From Octopus sinensis (taxonomy: Eukaryota): a stretch of DNA of 29,435 bases. The first letter of the stretch is position 1. The number at the start of each line of letters is the position of its first letter. The notes below the pieces were generated by a model. That model saw only the letters and a list, made by a program, of their open reading frames with translations. It ran no database searches and was not told the DNA's origin. Location of the stretch: positions 1-29,435 of the forward strand of contig NW_021833128.1 in assembly GCF_006345805.1 (NCBI RefSeq), written 5' to 3'. The translations under genes and the position numbers were made by a program. Positions 21,567 through 29,435 of the stretch are shown one piece after another.

Positions 21567-21567
<1 letters not shown>
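20976..21567 (+). mobile_element. R4/Dong-like LINE 3' remnant (RLE domain)
   Basis: ORF 21093-21410 KILWDFDF..DK..EHRRPDIV....KQ..LIIDV.VP......KE..K.DKY.DL...IAKMW....VIPIVI.TLG matches the RLE motif, preceded by LHWLLCRKYG...WYQH. Lies between TAA/TTA tracts. Confidence 0.85.
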
Positions 21568-21628
<61 letters not shown>

Positions 21629-21687
21629 TACGTACATACATACGTACATACATACATACATACATACATACATACTACATACATACA

Positions 21688-21720
<33 letters not shown>

Positions 21721-21840
21721 GTGTGTGTGCATGTGTGTGAGTGCGAATGTGTATGTGTGTCACACATGCGTGCACGTGTATATTGTGCACATCAGCACAT
21801 ATATATACACATATTCCTGTCTCGCTTTCACGCACACACA

Positions 21841-21874
<34 letters not shown>

Positions 21875-21915
21875 GTGTATGTATATGAATATGTATATAT
21901 TATATATATATATAT
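21568..21915. repeat. (TTA)n, (CATA)n and mixed microsatellites
   Basis: Direct observation. Confidence 0.9.
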
Positions 21916-22031
21916 AAATTAATTAAGGGTAGAAATTGATATTAGTCAATTAAAACCAGTGGTCTAGCATATTAAAAAGAATCTGAAGATTAATTGGTGT
22001 GTATATATATATATATATGGTGTGTGTGTGT

Positions 22032-22085
<54 letters not shown>

Positions 22086-22592
22086 TGTGTGTGGCTTAGT
22101 ACCCGTGGTAATCGAACCCATACCTCTCAACATAAATATCCATATAATTAACTATACGGATATACACATGCATAAATGTAGGTATGTGTGTGTGTGTATT
22201 CCCTTACATATCTACACGCGCAAATTCTTTGAATATTTTCTAGCTTTTACAAATGAACGGCTATTAGCGTAATCCAATTTTGAAAACCCAATAATTTTCA
22301 GGAAAATACTTGTTTTCGTGAATTTATTTTGTAAGTGTATCTTGTGCACACAAACGCGTTAAATTATATCTCTCCGCGCTGTTGGATACCCCATCCTGGT
22401 AACCAACAAACGGAGAAAACAACAGAAACACATCCTTTTATTTAACTATTTTTTTCTTTCAGCAATACGACAATTTCAGAACTATTCTTGTCTGTATATT
22501 TTCTGTTCATAAGCAGTATGTCTGCTTTGTATTTCATAATATGGTCCTCTGTCTTTCTATTTTCTTTTTGTAGATATATATAATAAGTTGAA

Positions 22593-24026
22593 ATGCTTGA
22601 TCTATCTTATTTTCAAAGAGGTATAAAATGGTTAAAGCGCTAAAGGCTTCTGTCACTAAAATTCTGTTTAATGTTTCGGGCGGAACATATTTTAAAATCC
22701 TGTTAGCATCTAAACCAACGTAACACCAGCTCTGGCTAGTATAATTCTAGACAGAAGGCAAAGCTCACAGAGTGGTATTACAGACTAGTGAAGCGTATTG
22801 TGTTTAAGAACCGGAGAATTACTACAAGAAAATTGATAGTGTAGTCAAAACACCACACTTAGCCAATTCTCTATCAACCTAAACCGTTCGTTGTGTGATC
22901 CATAAAGCTGCATACTCTGAAAGGACTGCAATTGCTGAACCTTTCCTGTTGTAATTAATATTATTAGGGGTAAACAAAAATGGTATCTAGACTATCGGAA
23001 GTGGTCAATGTCTTCACAGAATAATACCACCTCTGATGAAACATCATTGACCACTTATCCCATTTCGAGGAGAGTTTATGCCTGGAGGCAATCCAGTCAA
23101 CGCTGACTGTTTGGATCCTACCGTGAAGCACGGAGGTGGTTCCGTAATGATTTGGGCAGCCATATCAAGGAATTCTTTTGACCCTGTAGTTGTTCTGTAT
23201 GGCAAAGTTAACGCCAAGGATTATCTGAATAATATGGCTGATTATCTCCATCATATAATACAAACATTGTTCCCTGATGGTTGCGCAATTTTCCAGGACG
23301 ATGTCAGGATTCCCACACCCGGCTAATGTTATTCAAAATTGGTACGAGGGGCACAAGGATCTTTACCTTTTGACCGACAGATTTTTAAAATAATTTTTTG
23401 TAACTAAACACTTTCAAATTTCGTACACTAAAACCAGTACAAACGCACCAACGATGTCATAAATAACAGTGACAAACGAAATATACACCGCCGGAAGTTG
23501 TTGACAAACAACAGCAGTAATTTTATTGATGAATACACGTTTAAATTACCGAAATACGACAACTTTAACAAAAAATAACTTCCAAAATACAGAATTTTCT
23601 CTACAACGCCAAGAGTAAAAGATGTTTTATGTGACACATTCTACCAGTATACGAAATTTGAAAGAGTTTAGTTACAAAAAAATCATTTTTTAAATCTGTC
23701 GGTCAAAAGGTAAAGATCCGGGCACAAAAGTATAGTAGACTTTCTGGACTGGTTCCCACCACAATAACCGGGTTTCACTATAATCGTATATTTATAGTGC
23801 ACTTTAGAGCAGCGAGCGACAAAGAACCCCGTTTCCCTGTGCCATCGTCATTGAAAGAACTAAAGCAGGCTTTACTTTTAGAACGGCATAAAATTTTTCC
23901 ATAACAGGCGTTCAAAACATTTACGAGTTATTTCTCGAAGCAGTGATTGGTATCAAAGGTGAACCAACTCCGTATTAAATAATAAAACTTTCATTTAAGG
24001 TGTTTCCATTTTTTGTATAACCTCTG
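22593..24026 (+). mobile_element. Decayed Tc1 transposon (transposase pseudogene, interrupted by a MITE)
   Basis: PTVKHGGGSVMIWAAIS...IFQDD (23078-23326), SDE upstream, WPPQSPD-like remnant after the MITE, and GEPTPY* end. Right TIR-like GGTGTTTCCATTTTTTGTATAACCTCTG|TA; left TIR not recognised. Confidence 0.85.
23357..23719. mobile_element. MITE with ~70-bp TIRs and 8-bp TSD (Merlin-like)
   Basis: TIR GGATCTTTACCTTTTGACCGACAGATTT... / ...AAATCTGTCGGTCAAAAGGTAAAGATCC. TSD GGGCACAA at 23349-23356 and 23720-23727. Confidence 0.9.
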
Positions 24027-24160
24027 TATGTAAGTATGTGAATGAGTGTGTCTGTGTGTGTTTCTGTGTGTGTGTATGTGTTAGAGATCGATAAAACGAT
24101 GCTATAAAATACCGCTCTCTTAACTTTATAACCATTAACTTATTTGTAATCAACTCTACT

Positions 24161-24217
<57 letters not shown>

Positions 24218-24934
24218 CATATATGTGTGTGAGAGAGAGAGAGAGAAAGAAAGAAAGAAAGAGAGATAGTCTGTATGCATGTGTGTGCGTTAGAATATAG
24301 ACATTCATACCTCAGTCGTGTACAATATATAATTTAGTAGGTCAGCTTATTCAGTCTGCGTTATATATGTGTGTGCGCATGGGTGTGTGTAGGTATGGGT
24401 GAATTCATGTCTGGTTGTACGAACGCGTATGTGCGTGTGTGAGCGTGTATATATATATATTATATATGATATATATATATATATATATATAATATATATA
24501 TATATGGTTATATATTACCAATATATATGTATATATATGTTATATTATTCATATATGTATATACATGTATATATATAGATAATATAGATATTATATATAT
24601 ATATATATCTATAAATATATATATTAGAAACACAAGATCTTTGTATTTGTAATATAATTATCGAAAAAATGGTATATACTGTATGCATTAACAAAGTTTA
24701 ACCAACGACAAAAACAAATTTATAAGGATTCAAAAAGCCTACGCAGCCCAATTGTAAATTGAGATTAATAATTTAATTACTCCAGTGAATGTGAAAATTA
24801 GATTCCACTGCTACGAAAATGTCTACCTACCGTATTTTAATTAATATCTCACAAGTCATCAGCCATACACCTCCGAGACTGGAATCCCCGGTCTTTCTAA
24901 CATGTAATGCAGATTCTACGTCAGCATTTTTATT

Positions 24935-25850
24935 AATTCTTCTACTTTTCGTTTCGGTATTTGTTTATTTTGTTAACTATAAACTCCAACAGGTAACTAA
25001 CCCAAGAAATTATCTGATGATCGTCCGCTGATGCACTACGAGTATGAAGTTTGAATAAAAGCTACTTAGCGGTGAGAAGCACTCGAGAGCTGAAGAGCAG
25101 GAGGTCGTCAGCGAAGAACCCCCACCACAGGCAAGTGTTCCACCCCGTAACTTCTTACACTCTGGGAACCGGTCGCATCCAGTTCGTGATACCTGGGTTT
25201 CTTTCTGCTGACTCTTCATAGCCACTTTAGTATCGAAGATTTGTGCATTTAAACCGCTTGGAAATTTTATCTAGTTATAGGCGCAGGAGTGGCTATGTGG
25301 TAAGTAGCTTGCTCACCAACCACATAGTTCGGGGTTCAGTCCCACTGCGTGGCACCTTGGGCAAATGTCTTCTACTATAGCCTCGGGCCGACCAAAGCCT
25401 TGTGAGTGGATTTGGTAGACGGAAACTGAAAGAAGCCCGTCGTATATATGTATATATATGTATGTGCATGTATGTTTGTGTGTCTGTGTTTGTCCCCCCA
25501 ACATCGCTTGACAACCGATGCTGGTGTGTTTATGTCCCCGTCACTTAGCGGTTCGGCAAAAGAGACCGATAGAATAAGTACTGGGCTTACAAAGAATAAG
25601 TCCTGGGGTCGAGTTGCTCGACTAAAGGCGGTGCTCCAGCATGGCCGCAGTCAAATGACTGAAACAAGTAAAAGAGAAAGGAGAGAGAATTATAAATCCT
25701 CTCCGTTGAATCAGCTTTCAAACTAAGAATTATCAGTTCTATTCTTCTTTACGATATTTGTTTATTTTGTTAACCATAACCTCTAGCGGTAACTAACACA
25801 ATAAATTACTTGACGTAGTACGGATATGAATTTTGAATAAAACTACTTTA
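24935..25850 (+). repeat. Diverged ~120-bp direct repeats (24935-25067, 25741-25850)
   Basis: Shared TATTTGTTTATTTTGTTAAC, GGTAACTAAC and TATGAA.TTTGAATAAAA.CTACTT. Confidence 0.7.
25280..25676 (+). mobile_element. Full-length tRNA-derived SINE with internal microsatellite
   Basis: Head GGCGCAGGAGTGGCTATGTGGTAAG...GGTTCAGTCCC and tail TGACTGAAACAAGTAAAAGAG. Confidence 0.9.
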
Positions 25851-25982
25851 TTTTACGTCTGTATTCCATTTTTGCAAGATTCTTGACGGGAAATCGGATG
25901 TCGAAACATATTATTATAACTGAGAATTTTCATATTTTACCAATTAAAACACACTCACGATATTCTTGGTCTTAATTCAGCT

Positions 25983-25998
25983 TTATTATTATTATTAC

Positions 25999-26029
<31 letters not shown>

Positions 26030-26191
26030 ATTATTATTATTATTATTATTATTTTATTATTATTAATTATTATATTATTAATATTATATATTATTATTAT
26101 TATTATTATTATTATTATCATTATTATTATTATCAATCATCATTATCATATTATTATTTTATTATTATTATTATTATTATATTATTATTAC

Positions 26192-26254
<63 letters not shown>

Positions 26255-26340
26255 CATCATTATCATCATTATTATTATTATTATTATTTTAATATTATTA
26301 TTTTTTTTATTTTTATTATTATCATTATTATTATTATTTT
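25983..26340. repeat. (TTA)n microsatellite
   Basis: Direct observation. Confidence 0.95.
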
Positions 26341-27080
26341 AATTTCTTTGTCAAAGCCCTTTCGTCGCACATCCTGTGAACTCTTCTTGTTCTGCTTCTT
26401 CCATTTTGTCATCATTTTACTTTATTTTATTTTGGCTACATAATTATTATACGTATTCTGCAGAAATGCAGCCTCTGCATCTTTGTCTTTGGATCATACG
26501 TATATTAACATGATCTCCACATTATGGCGAACTTTGGAATGTAATGGATCAGATAAGTGGTTACATATTGTGCGTATACGCACATAAATGCCAAACTCTA
26601 TGTGATACCTGATAGCTCGTTCATCAAATTTGACAGCCGTTTAGCATTTGCAATAGAAGAAGTTAACGAACGGAGAAATCAATAGATAAACAAATAAAAG
26701 AAAAAATTAGGAAGAAATAAAGAAAGGAAATGGGAGAGGAAATGTTGAAAGCTTTCATACTCGACCACTGGTGATCAATGAAGAGAATAGCAGCACTTCA
26801 AAGATGATACGGTCATGCAGGGGAACAGGGAATCACAACCGTTACTGTGTATATCATACATTCAGTACACCTGAAGCAATCAAAGTGGCGTTATTTCATT
26901 GTCGCAAATACGTGTTAGTCCAACCACCGCATTGAGAGGTCTGCCATGTGTGGATCCAAGAAATTTCGGACACGAGTAATCAATGAAGACCATCGCCTGA
27001 CTAAGCAGTACTTCAATAAAAGACGCAGTCTGGTACAGGCCAGACAATACTTCGGAAGTGGCAATATTTTATGGACGCTT

Positions 27081-27240
27081 AGGCGGAGCTGGCAGAAGCT
27101 TTAGCACGCCGGACGAAATGCTTAGCGGTATTTCGCCTGTCTTTACGTTCTGAGTTCAAATTCCGCCGAGGTCGACTTTGCCTTTTATCCTTTCAGGGTC
27201 GATAAATTAAGTACCAGTTGCGTACTAGATTCGATCTAAT
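27081..27240 (+). mobile_element. SINE (12162 family), 3'-interrupted
   Basis: GGCGGAGCTGGCAGAAG...GAGTTCAAATTCCGCCGAGGTCGACTTTGCC. Confidence 0.9.
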
Positions 27241-27241
27241 A

Positions 27242-27535
27242 GTGGGGCCCAGTTAGAATTTTCATCAGGTCGAGTAGCACATCCTACTCAAAAGGTCCCT
27301 GAATAGAGGTTTGTTTAAGGATGTTAAACGAAACACCCGTGCTTCCAGAGGTGAATTATCCAAACCCCAAAGAATTCCCCTCAACACATGGCTATGATGC
27401 TCCCCCACTACTTCTGCTCATGGTCAGAGATGAACATATCGTCAGCCATTAAGGGATATGTTCAACTGGTTAAGGTCAAACAATTGACAAGCAAATCTAT
27501 GGTATTGAGCAGAATATTTGCTGTAGCCCATCTTT
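27242..27535 (-). mobile_element. Partial copy of the 20391-20944 element
   Basis: Reverse complement aligns to ~20480-20773; abuts (TTA)n. Confidence 0.85.
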
Positions 27536-27542
27536 ATTATTA

Positions 27543-27584
<42 letters not shown>

Positions 27585-27604
27585 CATTATTATTATTATT
27601 ATTA

Positions 27605-27696
<92 letters not shown>

Positions 27697-27697
27697 G
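27536..27697. repeat. (TTA)n-(TAG)n-(TGG)n microsatellite
   Basis: Direct observation. Confidence 0.95.
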
Positions 27698-28266
27698 TGG
27701 TTTTATTTCCATATTGATCTATCGTTTCTAACTTCATTATGTTAGAATGATGCAAATTATTGTAGAACTATTTTGCGATTCTTGCACTATCATTAGGAAA
27801 TTGGGACAAGGTTAGCAAGAAATTGCTCTATGGAAGTTTTGTATATGATTTCCTGCATGTGCATGGGAGAGTATGGGGGGGGGGCTTGTGCGTGTGTGTA
27901 TGTGTGTATGTATGTATTTGTGTGTATGTATGTATTTGCGTGTATGCATGAGTGGGTGTATATGTATAAATACATATTTGTATGCCTCTTCAGTATCACA
28001 GCATGTGTTTATATGCATGCAGTGATATGCACACACACACACACCACACACACACACACATACGTGTGTGTTTGTATGTGTGTGTGTATAAATATATGCA
28101 CATATATCTATATATCCATGTATGTGTACATATACACATACATACATATATGTATATAAATATATGTGGGTGTATGTATATATATATATGCATGTGCGTT
28201 TGCATGTGCATGTGTATGTACATATATATGCGTGTGTATCTATGTGTGTGTATGTGTATGTACATA

Positions 28267-28948
28267 GAGATGGCAGCTATTCGACCTTGCTCATAATATA
28301 TACTTTTAAAGCGACACATAATCGCTGATCTCGTAAAGAGAAAAACAACTAGTTTTAAATCTCTGAACGGGAAATATGTAATAACAATACAGAACACTTT
28401 GTTGCCAGCTGGGAAAGATATTTTCCTGGGGCTAAAAAGTAGTAACATCGTCCTGCGTAGGACTGCCACATTGTGTTGGCAAATAGACTTTACTGTTCCG
28501 TATTGTCACTACATATTCCTCGCTCAGAGATTTAAAACTGGTTTTTCTCTTTACGAGATCAGCGATTGTGTATCACTTTAAAAGTATAAACTGTGAGCAA
28601 GGTCGAGTGGTTGCCATCTCCAGCCGGCGATTGTCCTCTACTGAGGAAGAGAAATAACCCAGAAGCCATTGTTCCACAGGTATCGCTAATGCTAGAAAGG
28701 AAGCAATAAATCCCCTTGCTCACACTATATAGACTCAGACCGTATGTCGGTAGCCAGCTAGAAAAGATGTTTTCCTGGGGGTGAAAATTAGTAACATCGT
28801 CCTGTGTAGGACTGCCACATTGTGTTGGCAAATAGACTAGGAAGCTCCGAATGACCCGTCCTTGTTTTTTCCTGTCCTTTTTTGTATCGTCTAGCTGTCC
28901 GGATGTTTTGTTGTCGCCTGATGCGTTCTTGTTCCATATCCTGTTTCA

Positions 28949-28950
<2 letters not shown>
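28267..28950. repeat. Composite inverted plus direct repeat structure (A'-B-A-C-B)
   Basis: 28267-28396 is an imperfect reverse complement of 28494-28620. 28404-28489 is repeated directly at 28753-28838. Confidence 0.85.
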
Positions 28951-28991
<41 letters not shown>

Positions 28992-29286
28992 ACATATACA
29001 AGGGCAAACAATTCGTGAGAAGAAAAATATATATTTCTCGAAAATTAATTTGCTAAGATATCAATTTTGTTATCATATGGAATGACTATTTTAAAAATGA
29101 TAATAACTAATAATATAGACGATCGTAGGTCCAATAAAAGCATTAAATAGTTGAAGAATTCAAATTAAAAGTAATTAAAGGACATATTAAGTATGTCTAC
29201 CTGCTGGAAATAATAGTCAAAATAATTATTCAAATTGCCAAATTAGGTTAATAAAATCTTTCAACGTACATTTAAGTATAAGGACT

Positions 29287-29353
29287 CATGTGGATCGGTT
29301 TCTGTACTGGCAAAATAAATCAAACTAAATTACCTCAACGTCATCAGCACGTG
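29287..29353 (-). ncRNA. Degenerate type I hammerhead-like motif
   Basis: Minus strand: CACGUG-CUGAUGA-(38 nt)-GAAA-CCGA-UC-CACAUG; stem I is 5/6 bp. Confidence 0.55.
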
Positions 29354-29435
29354 TTACCATGATAAGAGACCCAACTACCCGTATTGAAGTCTGATCTTTA
29401 ACTGATTCGTTTTGCGCCGAAATCAAATTACATTC

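Noticed and set aside
26470-26530. Mariner-like YDPKTK motif on the minus strand
   Set aside because: One short motif with no supporting flanking homology or TIRs.

Overview
AT-rich, microsatellite-dense eukaryotic non-genic DNA. The SINE families and repeat landscape suggest a cephalopod (octopus-like) genome, which is an inference. No intact host protein-coding gene is supportable, and nearly all ORFs in the track are microsatellite or repeat artefacts. The standout feature is 1-3702: about 7.8 near-identical ~475-bp tandem units. Each carries a minimal type I hammerhead ribozyme on the minus strand (stem I GUUCUG/CAGAAC, core CUGACGA...GAAA, palindromic stem III, AUA cleavage site), and the array ends in an ~85-bp fold-back inversion. 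This fits a retrozyme or Penelope-like (PLE) concatemer that could yield ~475-nt self-cleaved or circular RNAs. Further degenerate hammerhead-like motifs (15457, 29287) and fold-back palindromes (13748, 15577, 28267) recur. The rest is a TE patchwork: Helitrons with a head-to-tail junction, several tRNA-derived SINEs, Tx1-like and RLE-type LINE remnants, a decayed Tc1 with a nested 8-bp-TSD MITE, a Tc2/pogo-like MITE and a 5S rRNA pseudogene.
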